Part shown: in pieces, positions 32,976 to 41,034 of the stretch
Layout of the letters: the number at the start of each line of letters is the position of its first letter
Numbering within the stretch: the first letter of the stretch is position 1
From: a bacterium
GTDB taxonomy: Bacteria > UBA9089 > UBA9088 > JAGUXG01
Length of the DNA: 45,419 nt
Direction: 5' to 3'
Assembly (NCBI GenBank): GCA_043798435.1
Contig: JAZDOR010000128.1
Location: 1 to 45,419, forward strand
Translations under genes and position numbers: made by a program
Notes under the pieces: model-generated
What the model was told of the DNA's origin: nothing
Databases searched by the model: none
Seen by the model: the letters and a program-made list of their open reading frames with translations, nothing else

Positions 32976-33041
32976 CTACGAAAGTCTTAATTGAGATTGT
33001 TTCCATACAGAGGTATGTGTTTGGCAGTAATAAACTTGGTT

Positions 33042-33590
33042 CTACTGGCTTTCTCTGTGGATACATATCCAACTTTCCACAAGGTAGCAGGATAGTAATC
33101 CTATAATTCTTAAAGTTTCTAAATCCCCTTGCTGCTGATTCATCTGTTGAATTTTGCTGTTTATCCCCTCGGCTACAGCATTTGTTATTCTATGTTTAAG
33201 ATAGGTTAAAATATTATCAAGATGTCTTTTTATCATTATTTGCTATAGGTTTGAGTCGGGAATGTGTTGCCCACCAGTACCACTTCTTGAAGAAGTTCCT
33301 TGCAGCCTTTTCATATGTATATTTCCATAATCGCAGAAATATTTTCTTTATTGTCCATGCACGACCTACTTTTAGCTCTTTATTCTTTAGCTCCCCAAAT
33401 GCCTTTTTCTGCTCTTCTGTCCAGTTGCAAGGGTTGGTTAGCCATAGATACCTTGTGCCTTTAAGGATGTCTACTCCTTCTTTTCTTAAGCTTCTATTTT
33501 CTTCCTTATCTTACCTTGTCTATAGTTATTGCCACTTTTTCCTTAGTCATTTGAACTGGAAATCTAAGTAGTGGTTGTTCAACCAGGAAA
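33042..33590 (-). pseudogene. Degraded C-terminal part of an ISL3-family transposase
   Basis: Minus-strand frames give FHVQMTKEKVAITIDKVR*, LKGTRYLWLTNPCNWTEEQKKAFGELK...RAWTIKKIFLRLWKY...FFKKWYWWATHSRLKPIA, then (frameshift) MIKRHLDNILTYLKHRITNAVAEGINSKIQ, then (frameshift) LDMYPQ. There are several stops and frameshifts, and no N-terminal half. Confidence 0.75.
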
Positions 33591-33677
33591 TTCTGGGGTC
33601 AATTCCTTTGTCTTTGAGCTTCTCTTCTGCCCAATACTGCCGATTTAAGAAATACAACCCAAACCTAAAGCCAAAGC

Positions 33678-33905
33678 TATACCGAGAATAAATCAGGTTT
33701 CCAAAAAAGGTGGTTGAAAAAGACTATAGACTCAAGAGCATTAGACTCAAGACTATTTTATTACAAAGACTCAAGAACATTAGACGCAAGACTAAGACCT
33801 TTTAATTGATATATCTTAGTCTATAGTCTGATGTCTAAGTCTCGTGTCTATTTTGTTAGTCTGAGTCTGTAGTCTTAGGCTACTTAAATTTTTGCTAAAT
33901 CATGT
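33678..33905. repeat. Full class-2 element (agac/gtct core) whose right terminus overlaps the tyrA stop
   Basis: tataccgagaataaatcaggtttccaaaaaa ... agactcaag words ... gtctaagtctcgtgtct ... cttaggctacttaaatttttgctaaatcatgttttcatt. The last 6 nt are the final tyrA codon plus the stop (...MKT*). Confidence 0.8.
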
Positions 33906-34724
33906 TTTCATTGGACATATCAAACCCTTTGCATCTTTTTGTATCTCTTGAAATTTCTCCAAAATATCACCCCTCTCAATTGCTTCCTGCCACTCAGAGA
34001 TTATATCCTTCATCTTAGATAACCCCGACAAAATATTGCTTTTGTTGGTCAAGCATATTTCATTCCAGAGAGAAGGAGGGGATAAGCTCAACCTGGCCAT
34101 ATCAGTAAATCCAGTAGAAACAAGGGCTTCTGCACCTCCTCTCTTTACCAAATCCACCAGAGAAAAAGAGAGGATATGCGGAATATGAGAGGATAGGCTG
34201 ACTATCCTGTCGTGTTCTTCTGCATCCATCTCTATCACTTTTGCCCCAATCTTTTCCCAGAGATGGCAAACCTTCTCTTTTGCAGATGTGTCTGTATCCT
34301 TGGTTGGCGTGACCACAACTAAGGAGTTAGAAAAGAGTGAGGCAGAGGCTGATTCTGAACCTTGTCTGTGTGAACCAGCCATTGGGTGACTGCCAATAAA
34401 TTTAGGAAGGATGGGGGATAGTTCACTCACTATTCTCTCTTTTGTTGAGCCGGCATCAGTGACTATGCTCTCTTTGGCAAAATGAGAGAGTTTCTTTCCA
34501 ATCTCTATGATGGCTAAAGGCGGTGTGGCAAGAAATATGAGGTCTGCATACTCTGCCCTGTTCAGGTCATCTGTTGCTTCGTCTATACAGCCAAGTTCTT
34601 CGGCTTTTTTGAGGTTCTCCCTGCTCCTTCCAATCCCAATAACCTTGTTTGCCAATCCCTTTGCTTTTATCGCCAGACCAATAGAACCACCAATCAAACC
34701 GACACCTACTATAGCTATTTTCAT
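33900..34724 (-). CDS. tyrA: Prephenate dehydrogenase
   Basis: MKIAIVGVGLIGGSIGLAIK Rossmann fold, GSHPMAG, HD...S.SH.PH. Confidence 0.88.
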   Translation of the reverse strand: MKIAIVGVGLIGGSIGLAIKAKGLANKVIGIGRSRENLKKAEELGCIDEATDDLNRAEYADLIFLATPPLAIIEIGKKLSHFAKESIVTDAGSTKERIVSELSPILPKFIGSHPMAGSHRQGSESASASLFSNSLVVVTPTKDTDTSAKEKVCHLWEKIGAKVIEMDAEEHDRIVSLSSHIPHILSFSLVDLVKRGGAEALVSTGFTDMARLSLSPPSLWNEICLTNKSNILSGLSKMKDIISEWQEAIERGDILEKFQEIQKDAKGLICPMKT

Positions 34725-35737
34725 TGAAGGGTTCTGCCTACAGCCAGGGCAACCTTTTTAGCCATTATAACCAGCTCTCTAAACTGCACAGGTGTAAGGG
34801 ACTGTTCGCCGTCAGAAAATGCTTCCTCTGGATTTGTATGCACCTCAATCATCAAGCCATCAGAGCCCGCAGCAATTGCCGCCAGAGTCAAGGGTGCGAC
34901 TAACTTCACTTTTCCAGCAGCATGAGATGGGTCAGCTATCACTGGCAGGTGGGTGAGGCTTTTTAAGGCAGGAATAGCCGCAATATCAAGTGTATTTCTG
35001 GAATGGTCAACGAATGTCCGTATTCCCCTTTCACATAAAATTACATCCGAGTTTCCACCTGCGAGAATATACTCTGCCGACATAAGAAACTCTGTTACTG
35101 TGGCAGACATTCCCCGCTTCAAAAGGACAGGCTTTCTTACCTTTCCAACCTCTTTTAGAAGAGAGAAGTTCTGCATATTCCTTGCCCCTATTTGAATCAC
35201 ATCAGCATATTTAAGGAGGATATCAATATCCTTTATATCCATAAGCTCTGTGACAATAGGAAGCCCGGTTATCTCCTTTGCCTCAACAAGCATCTTCAAG
35301 CCCTCCTCTTCTAACCCTTGAAAGGCATAAGGAGAGGTTCTTGGCTTAAATGCTCCACCCCGCAGGAGTGTAGCACCCCCTTTCTTTACCTCACAAGCAA
35401 TATTTATAATTTGCTCCCTATTCTCCACTGAGCAGGGCCCGGCAATGATGACTAATTCTCTACCTCCAATCTTTACCCCATCTACATTGATGATACTATC
35501 CTCTTTCTTAAACTCTCTGCTGGCTAACTTGAATGGTTTTAAGACTGAAATAACCCTCTCTACCCCAGGGAATGTCTCCAATTGTTCTTGAGACACGATT
35601 CTCTCATCACCAATAATATTGATGACGGTTCTCTCTACGCCCTTTGAGACAAAGGGATTGAGTTGTTTACTCTTCAACTTTTCAACAATATGTTTGATGT
35701 TCTCCTCTGTGGCCGATGGTTCAAGAATAATAATCAT
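34721..35737 (-). CDS. 3-deoxy-7-phosphoheptulonate (DAHP) synthase, type I-beta, with an N-terminal ferredoxin-like regulatory domain
   Basis: Thermotoga-type architecture. N-terminal ~65-aa regulatory domain, then IAGPCSVE, LRGGAFKPRTSPY.FQG, KRG, DPSH. 4-nt overlap with tyrA. Confidence 0.88.
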   Translation of the reverse strand: MIIILEPSATEENIKHIVEKLKSKQLNPFVSKGVERTVINIIGDERIVSQEQLETFPGVERVISVLKPFKLASREFKKEDSIINVDGVKIGGRELVIIAGPCSVENREQIINIACEVKKGGATLLRGGAFKPRTSPYAFQGLEEEGLKMLVEAKEITGLPIVTELMDIKDIDILLKYADVIQIGARNMQNFSLLKEVGKVRKPVLLKRGMSATVTEFLMSAEYILAGGNSDVILCERGIRTFVDHSRNTLDIAAIPALKSLTHLPVIADPSHAAGKVKLVAPLTLAAIAAGSDGLMIEVHTNPEEAFSDGEQSLTPVQFRELVIMAKKVALAVGRTLQ

Positions 35738-35796
35738 AATGCTAAAATTATAGGTGGGGCAAGTTAGTTTAGCAAGGATTTTTTGTATTGCCTTAT

Positions 35797-35925
35797 ATTT
35801 CCGCTACTCGTAAGAAATATCTCGATTATATAGGAATTTCCTTTTTGTTCTGGCTCTGCCAGAACCTTATATTTCTTGCTACTGCAAGAAATATCTTGAC
35901 AGCCTATTTCTTTGGTTACTAAACT
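35797..35925 (+). promoter_or_regulatory. Family D hairpin element carrying a putative promoter for the tRNA-Leu/tRNA-Met pair
   Basis: Degenerate hairpin at 35797-35828, full element at 35834-35900. TTGACA (35896-35901), 18 nt, TAAACT (35920-35925), 15 nt upstream of tRNA-Leu. Confidence 0.5.
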
Positions 35926-35940
35926 TATATAAGTTAATTT

Positions 35941-36024
35941 GCCGAGGTGGCGGAATTGGCAGACGCATCGGACTTAAAATCCGCTGAGGTTTTCCTCGTG
36001 TCGGTTCGACTCCGACCCCCGGCA
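35941..36024 (+). tRNA. tRNA-Leu (TAA)
   Basis: Class II tRNA. Acceptor GCCGAGG/CCCCGGC (one A-C mismatch), anticodon loop CTTAAAA, long variable arm (GAGGttttCCTC), T arm GTCGGTTCGACTCCGAC. No encoded CCA. Confidence 0.88.
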
Positions 36025-36030
36025 GTAAAA

Positions 36031-36092
36031 TAGTGCATAGTTAATAGTTATTACCTTATACTAAACACTATACACTAAAAACTATACACTTG
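36031..36092. repeat. tatacac/ctaaac word spacer between the two tRNAs
   Basis: tagtgcatagttaatagttattaccttatactaaacactatacactaaaaactatacact. These words are the reverse complement of the 45278-45419 array unit. Confidence 0.6.
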
Positions 36093-36094
36093 TA

Positions 36095-36166
36095 TGCGGG
36101 GTGGAGCAGTGGTAGCTCGCAAGGCTCATAACCTTGAGGTCACAGGTTCAAATCCTGTCCCCGCAC
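36095..36166 (+). tRNA. tRNA-Met (CAT), initiator-like body
   Basis: TGCGGGGTGGAGCAG...GCTCG...CTCATAA...GGTTCAAATCC..CCCCGCA closely parallels E. coli tRNA-fMet. However, the anticodon stem has only two G-C pairs next to the loop, and positions 1-72 form U-A. Confidence 0.8.
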
Positions 36167-36195
36167 CCTTTTTTTGTAACATTAAGAGAAAAACC

Positions 36196-36340
36196 GTAAT
36201 CGCTGCGGTAGTGTAATAAAAGGGGATATGGAGATTAAGGAGATAAGGGGATAAAATTTTGAATTAAAAATGAATTATCTCCATATCTTTTCTTATCTCC
36301 TTATCCCCTCACACTTTTGATGTATAGCCTGAACGGTTAC
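36196..36340 (-). repeat. Class-1 word-hairpin element (ggagataagg core), inverted paralog of 11998-12158
   Basis: gtaatcgctgcggtagtgtaa ... ggagattaaggagataagggg ... ccttatcccctcacacttttgatgtatagcctgaacggttac. Confidence 0.85.
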
Positions 36341-36438
36341 GAAAAACCTCAATAAGAAGTCCTCCTTCTCTCCAACAATAAATCGTATTACAAGAAAAGG
36401 TTGCTATGGCTATTATTCTATGGTAAAATAGCTAAGTT

Positions 36439-37038
36439 ATGGAAGAGAAGGTAAACACAAAGGCAGACTTGATAAGGCTATTTTTCCTGTATTCTGCCAT
36501 CTCTATCCCTGTGGTGAATAGCAAGAAGGAGATTGCCGGCTTCCTCTCAAAGCAGGATATAATCGCCTCCTCTGGGATGATGGAGGATTTGAATATGGGG
36601 ATACAAAGGGTGATTGAGCACCACTTAAATACTGTTGACCGAGAGAATATTAACTCACTCAACCTTCTTCTCCAAAACTTCAGCCGAACAAAGAAAATTC
36701 CAGTCATAGACCAAAAGGGCAAGATAATTGACACCTGGCAGAGGGGACAGCTTATATCTGCCTGGGAGGGAGAAGAGGAGACAAAATACCCTGATTTATT
36801 TGATAAACTCTTGGTTGGTGTGGTCGTGACTGATGCCTCTGGAAAGATAGCCTATCTCAACCCCGCGGCTGCCTCTATGGCGACTGAAAAAGGAAAAAAG
36901 AAGGGAAGGAATCTCTCTGAGGTCTTCCTTGTAAATTTAGAGTCAGAGCCTGTCTTAAATAAGAGAGTAAGCGGTCTAATATTTGATGCCGCACCTATGG
37001 TGGATGGTGTCATATACATTATCAGAAAGGCTGAATGA
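36439..37038 (+). CDS. CBS-pair plus PAS-like domain protein
   Basis: Two CBS-like units (ISIPVVNSKKEIAGFLSKQDII; KKIPVIDQKGKIIDTW), then a PAS-like N-cap (LLVGVVVTDASGKIAYLNPAAASM). Confidence 0.55.
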   Translation: MEEKVNTKADLIRLFFLYSAISIPVVNSKKEIAGFLSKQDIIASSGMMEDLNMGIQRVIEHHLNTVDRENINSLNLLLQNFSRTKKIPVIDQKGKIIDTWQRGQLISAWEGEEETKYPDLFDKLLVGVVVTDASGKIAYLNPAAASMATEKGKKKGRNLSEVFLVNLESEPVLNKRVSGLIFDAAPMVDGVIYIIRKAE

Positions 37039-37071
37039 AGAATATGTGTTTATTTGTTTATAAAGGAAAGA

Positions 37072-37110
37072 GAACACGAATTATACGAATGTTCGAATAT
37101 CACGAATAAC
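37072..37110. repeat. acgaat word cluster (4 copies) upstream of the GC-rich ATPase gene
   Basis: gaacacgaattatacgaatgttcgaatatcacgaataac. Same word as 30750-30820. Confidence 0.5.
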
Positions 37111-37180
37111 TATATCAAAACTGAAAACTATGCTTGCCAAACAAACAATAAATACTTAAACTGAAGGTTATAAGGTTATT

Positions 37181-38914
37181 ATGATAACAAAGCTATTTAT
37201 TCACAATTTCAAACGGCTCAGGGATGCGGAAATCCCTTTGGGTAAAACAGTTGTGTTTATCGGTCCCAATAATTCTGGAAAAACTACGGCGTTACAGGCG
37301 CTAACACTCTGGGATGTAGGCATACGCGCGTGGAATGCCAAACGCAAGGGAAAGTCCTCACCTGCAAAACGGCCCGGAGTTACCATTAACCGCCGGGATC
37401 TGATCTCAACATCAGTGCCTGTGGCTAATTTGTTATGGTATGGGTTAGACACCCGACGTAGCGTAAAACTTGGCATGCAAAACATCCGCATTGACATTTC
37501 TGTTTCTGGAGTGACTAAAGGCAAAGAGTGGAATTGTGGTTTAGAATTTGATTTTACTAACGACGAATCGTTTGTCTGTCGTCCCTTGCGCTTGCCAGAA
37601 TTCAAGGATGTTCCTGTAACGAAAGCGGAGTTCTCCGAGATTCCAGTCGAAGCGTCAAACATCCGATTCGCCTTTTTACCCCCTATGTCAGGGTTGACAG
37701 ATAGGGAGTTTGTCAAGGAACCTGGTGAGATCGGAGTGCTTATCGGTCAGGGGCAAACAGCCCAGGTTCTACGGAATCTCTGTCACCTAATCTATAAGAA
37801 TAAGGATTCAGCACACTGGGTTAATCTGGTGAAGCACATCCATAGCTTATTTGGTGTGGAGCTTTTGGAACCACAATATATCGCCGAGCGCAGCGAAATC
37901 ACTATGGCTTACAAGGATGAGCAAGAAAAGAAGCTTGACCTTTCTTCATCAGGCCGAGGACTGCAACAGACATTGCTCTTGCTCGCCCACCTTTATGCCA
38001 ATCCTGGGGCAGTGCTACTCTTAGACGAGCCGGATGCCCACCTGGAGATTCTGCGCCAGCGACAAATTTACAACCTCCTGATTCAAGTTGCCAAGCAGCA
38101 AGGCTCACAGATTATCGCAGCCAGTCATTCGGAGGTTGTCCTCAACGAAGCTGCTGATAGGGATGTGGTCATTGCCTTTGTTGGCAAACCTCATCGTATT
38201 GATGATCGTGGTTCTCAAGTTTTGAAGGCACTGCAGGAGATTGGCTTTGACCAGTACTATCAGGCGGAACAAACTGGTTGGGTGCTCTATCTGGAAAACT
38301 CCACAGACCTGGCCATTCTTCAGGCATTTGCTAAATCTCTTGGTCACGATGCACAGCCATACCTTGAGCGTCCCTTTGTGAAGTATATTGAAACCAATCT
38401 GCCCCAAAAAGCCCGCGACCATTTTTTCGGTTTACAGGAAGCCAAGAATGATCTTATAGGCATCGCTATTTTTGACCACCTTGACAAGGAGCTTCAGTCT
38501 GACAGAGGACTTACCGAGACAATGTGGCGGCGTAAGGAAATAGAAAACTATTTTTGTATGGAAGATGTGCTATTCGCCTATGCCAGATACGATTTGCCAG
38601 ATGATTTGTTCGGAAATGTCGAGAGCCAACATAGAGAAGAGACAATGCGTAATGCCATTACTGAAGTGACGAAGGCGATGAAGACTCTCGACAAGCCTGA
38701 TCCCTGGTCTTCGGAAGTCAAGGCAACAGATGAGTTTCTTGACCCGCTTTTTAAGAATTACTTCCATAAACTCGGACTGCCGTTGCAACTACGAAAATCC
38801 GATTATCACATCCTTGCCGGTTTGGTGCCGAAGGAAAAATTAGACACGGAGATCACGGAGAAACTTGACACCATCGTGGCTATAGCTGAGAAAGCAAAGC
38901 CGAGGACGGAGTAA
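37181..38914 (+). CDS. ABC/SMC-type ATPase fused to a Toprim/DUF4435-like C-terminal domain (OLD-family or fused-PARIS-like defence candidate)
   Basis: Walker A GPNNSGKTT, signature-like LSSSGRGLQQ, Walker B VLLLDEPDAHLE, H-loop ASHSE. C-terminal VLYLENSTDLAILQ, IFDHLD, WRRKEIENYF. GC content and Arg/Ala codon choice (CGC/CGG, GCC) differ visibly from the neighbouring genes. Confidence 0.65.
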   Translation: MITKLFIHNFKRLRDAEIPLGKTVVFIGPNNSGKTTALQALTLWDVGIRAWNAKRKGKSSPAKRPGVTINRRDLISTSVPVANLLWYGLDTRRSVKLGMQNIRIDISVSGVTKGKEWNCGLEFDFTNDESFVCRPLRLPEFKDVPVTKAEFSEIPVEASNIRFAFLPPMSGLTDREFVKEPGEIGVLIGQGQTAQVLRNLCHLIYKNKDSAHWVNLVKHIHSLFGVELLEPQYIAERSEITMAYKDEQEKKLDLSSSGRGLQQTLLLLAHLYANPGAVLLLDEPDAHLEILRQRQIYNLLIQVAKQQGSQIIAASHSEVVLNEAADRDVVIAFVGKPHRIDDRGSQVLKALQEIGFDQYYQAEQTGWVLYLENSTDLAILQAFAKSLGHDAQPYLERPFVKYIETNLPQKARDHFFGLQEAKNDLIGIAIFDHLDKELQSDRGLTETMWRRKEIENYFCMEDVLFAYARYDLPDDLFGNVESQHREETMRNAITEVTKAMKTLDKPDPWSSEVKATDEFLDPLFKNYFHKLGLPLQLRKSDYHILAGLVPKEKLDTEITEKLDTIVAIAEKAKPRTE

Positions 38915-38945
38915 TCATATGGTTTCGTTTAGCAATTAACTTACA

Positions 38946-40115
38946 ATGAAAATATGGAAAAGTTTATCAGGAAAAATAGAAGGGAGTGTTATCACCTCCG
39001 GGATATTTGACGGCATTCATATTGGCCATCAAACCTTGATAAAGAAGACTGTAAAATCTGCCAAAAAAAGGGGTATTCCCTCTATCCTTCTCACCTTCCA
39101 TCCACATCCAAGGTCTGCTCTCTTTATCCTTGCCGAAAAGGAGAGAGAAAGGCTTATTGAAGAGCTTGGGATAGACATAATGCTCTACTTAGACTTTAAT
39201 GAGATAAAAGACCTTCAGCCAGAGAGGTTTGTCCAAGAGATTCTTATAGAAACCCTTGGTATGAAAGAGATATGGATAGGCTCCGACCATAGGTTTGGAA
39301 AAGCTCAGGAGGGAGATGTAGGGCTACTCCGTAAGCTCTCTGGCAGATATGATTTTGAGGTTTTCTGTATGAGTGATGTCATTTTAGAGAATGAAAGGGT
39401 GAGCAGCTCTAAGGTAAAAGAGCTTTTGGCTTCTGGCAGGATACAAGAAGCAGAAAGGCTTTTGGGAAGACCATACACTGTGAATCTTCCGGTAATAAAG
39501 GGTGCAGGCAGGGGAAAGGGAATGGGTGCCAAGACAGTAAATATGGACTGGCCAGACATTTTTCTCCCAAGGCTTGGGGTCTATGGTGTGAAGGTGAAAA
39601 TAGTCCACAGTCAACAGTCCACAGTCCACAGTGAAGAGGCAAAAATAGTCAATAGTCAACAGTCAATAGTCAATAGACAGCAGAATACAGAATACAGAAT
39701 ACAGAATACAGAATACAGTAAAGAAGAGAGTCAACAGTCAACGGTCAACAGTCCACAGTCAACGGTCAATAGTAAAGAAAAGGAGACTATGGACAATGGA
39801 CTATGGACTATGGACAATTTTGATGGAGCTGAGCTTGATGGGATAGGAAACCTTGGAAGAAGACCCACATTCTCTGAAAACGAGCTCCTCTTTGAGGTTC
39901 ATATCTTCGGGTTTTCTGGAAATCTTTATGGAAAAAACCTTTCTGTCCAATTTTTAGAGTGGATACGGGATGAGATAAGGTTTTCCAGCAAAGAAGCCCT
40001 CTCTGCCCAGATCAAGAAGGATATAGAAAAACTTGCCAGAAGAAGGGGTGATATAGTATCCTATGGGGGTTGCGCCTGTGGCTCAATGGAAGAGCAACGG
40101 ACTTCTAATCCGTAG
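38946..40115 (+). CDS. ribF: Bifunctional riboflavin kinase / FMN adenylyltransferase carrying a 73-codon repeat-derived insertion
   Basis: FAD-synthetase half (GIFDGIHIGHQ, LTFHPHP). Kinase half (GRPYTV...G.GRGKGMG..T.N...GVYGV ... GNLGRRPTF...FEVHIF.F.G.LYG..L.V.F...IR.E.RF). Interrupted at 39600-39818. The 3' end overlaps tRNA-Arg. Confidence 0.88.
   Translation: MKIWKSLSGKIEGSVITSGIFDGIHIGHQTLIKKTVKSAKKRGIPSILLTFHPHPRSALFILAEKERERLIEELGIDIMLYLDFNEIKDLQPERFVQEILIETLGMKEIWIGSDHRFGKAQEGDVGLLRKLSGRYDFEVFCMSDVILENERVSSSKVKELLASGRIQEAERLLGRPYTVNLPVIKGAGRGKGMGAKTVNMDWPDIFLPRLGVYGVKVKIVHSQQSTVHSEEAKIVNSQQSIVNRQQNTEYRIQNTEYSKEESQQSTVNSPQSTVNSKEKETMDNGLWTMDNFDGAELDGIGNLGRRPTFSENELLFEVHIFGFSGNLYGKNLSVQFLEWIRDEIRFSSKEALSAQIKKDIEKLARRRGDIVSYGGCACGSMEEQRTSNP
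39600..39818 (+). repeat. In-frame word-repeat insertion inside ribF
   Basis: agtccacagtc / atagtcaatagtc words, then cagaata x5, then agtcaacRgtc words, then gactatggac words (approximate reverse complement of gtccacagtc). 219 bp = 73 codons with no stop. Encodes VHSQQSTVHS...NTEYRIQNTEY...MDNGLWTMDN. Confidence 0.85.
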
Positions 40116-40146
40116 GTTGACCGTTCGAGTCGGTCCAGGCGTACCA
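40072..40146 (+). tRNA. tRNA-Arg (TCT) with encoded CCA
   Basis: Acceptor GCGCCTG/CAGGCGT, D arm GCTCAATGGAAGAGC, anticodon arm ACGGA-CTTCTAA-TCCGT, T arm GACCGTTCGAGTCGGTC, discriminator A plus CCA. Confidence 0.88.
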
Positions 40147-40168
40147 TTAGATAACACCTGTTTTAGAC

Positions 40169-40861
40169 ATGGAAGAGCTAATCTATACCTATATATTCAA
40201 CCTGGGTAATGGTAAAGAGAAGGAATTTCGTGTTAGACTGGATTCTGAAACCTTAAATTGCATCCAGCCAAAAGAGACAGTAAACCCTGAATGGACAAGA
40301 TTAGAATATGCCAAATGCAGAAACTGCCCTTTAACTTCTTCCCAAAATGAGTTTTGCCCTATTGCGGTAAATCTTGTTGGCCCAATTACTTTTTTTAAGG
40401 ATTCAATTTCATACGAGAAGGCTGATGTCTTAGTCAAGACAAAAGAAAGGGATATCTTTGCAAAGACTACCATCCAAAAGGGCTTAAGTTGTTTGATTGG
40501 AATATATATGACAACCAGTGGATGCCCGATTATGGAGAAGCTGAAGCCTATGGTCTATCAACACCTGCCATTTGCCTCTCCAGAGGAGACAATCTACAGA
40601 GCAACATCTATGTATCTACTTGGGCAGTACTTTCTGAATAAAGAGGGAAAAACCCCAGATTGGGAGCTTAAGGGTTTGGTTAAAATATATGAGGAGATAC
40701 GGATAGTGAATCAGGATATCTGTAAAAGGTTAAGGGATGCTGCCAACGAGGATGCCAGTGTTAATGCTGTGGTTATCCTGAATGTCTTTGCAGATATGCT
40801 ACCTTTTTCCATAGAAAGAGGTTTGAATAGATTGAAGCATCTATTTTCCCCGTATTTCTAA
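40169..40861 (+). CDS. Conserved-looking Cys-containing protein of unknown function
   Basis: 230-aa ORF with coding-like composition. Cys pairs at CRNCP...CP and SGCP. No family recognised by eye. Confidence 0.45.
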   Translation: MEELIYTYIFNLGNGKEKEFRVRLDSETLNCIQPKETVNPEWTRLEYAKCRNCPLTSSQNEFCPIAVNLVGPITFFKDSISYEKADVLVKTKERDIFAKTTIQKGLSCLIGIYMTTSGCPIMEKLKPMVYQHLPFASPEETIYRATSMYLLGQYFLNKEGKTPDWELKGLVKIYEEIRIVNQDICKRLRDAANEDASVNAVVILNVFADMLPFSIERGLNRLKHLFSPYF

Positions 40862-40874
40862 ATTAGAATTGCTG

Positions 40875-41029
40875 GTAACCGTTCAGGTAGTGTAAGAAAA
40901 GAGAATATGTAAGGGGATATTATAGAGAGATAAGGAGATATTATTCTAATTCAAATCCTTCATCTCCATATCCCCATTATCTCCGTATCCCCCCTCTTAC
41001 ACTCTTTGATGAATAGGCTGAGTGATTAC
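40875..41029 (+). repeat. Class-1 word-hairpin element (ggagata core)
   Basis: gtaaccgttcaggtagtgtaagaaaag ... gagataaggagatatt ... atctccatatccccattatctcc ... cttacactctttgatgaataggctgagtgattac. Confidence 0.8.
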
Positions 41030-41034
41030 AATTG

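Noticed and set aside
33251-33571. The 106-aa plus-strand ORF.
   Set aside because: It lies antisense to the recognisable ISL3 transposase remnant and has a low-complexity F/S/L-rich composition.
37201-38422. Antisense ORFs (171, 68 and 105 aa) within the ATPase gene.
   Set aside because: They are typical GC-rich-gene shadow ORFs. The sense frame carries the complete Walker A/B, signature and H-loop motifs.
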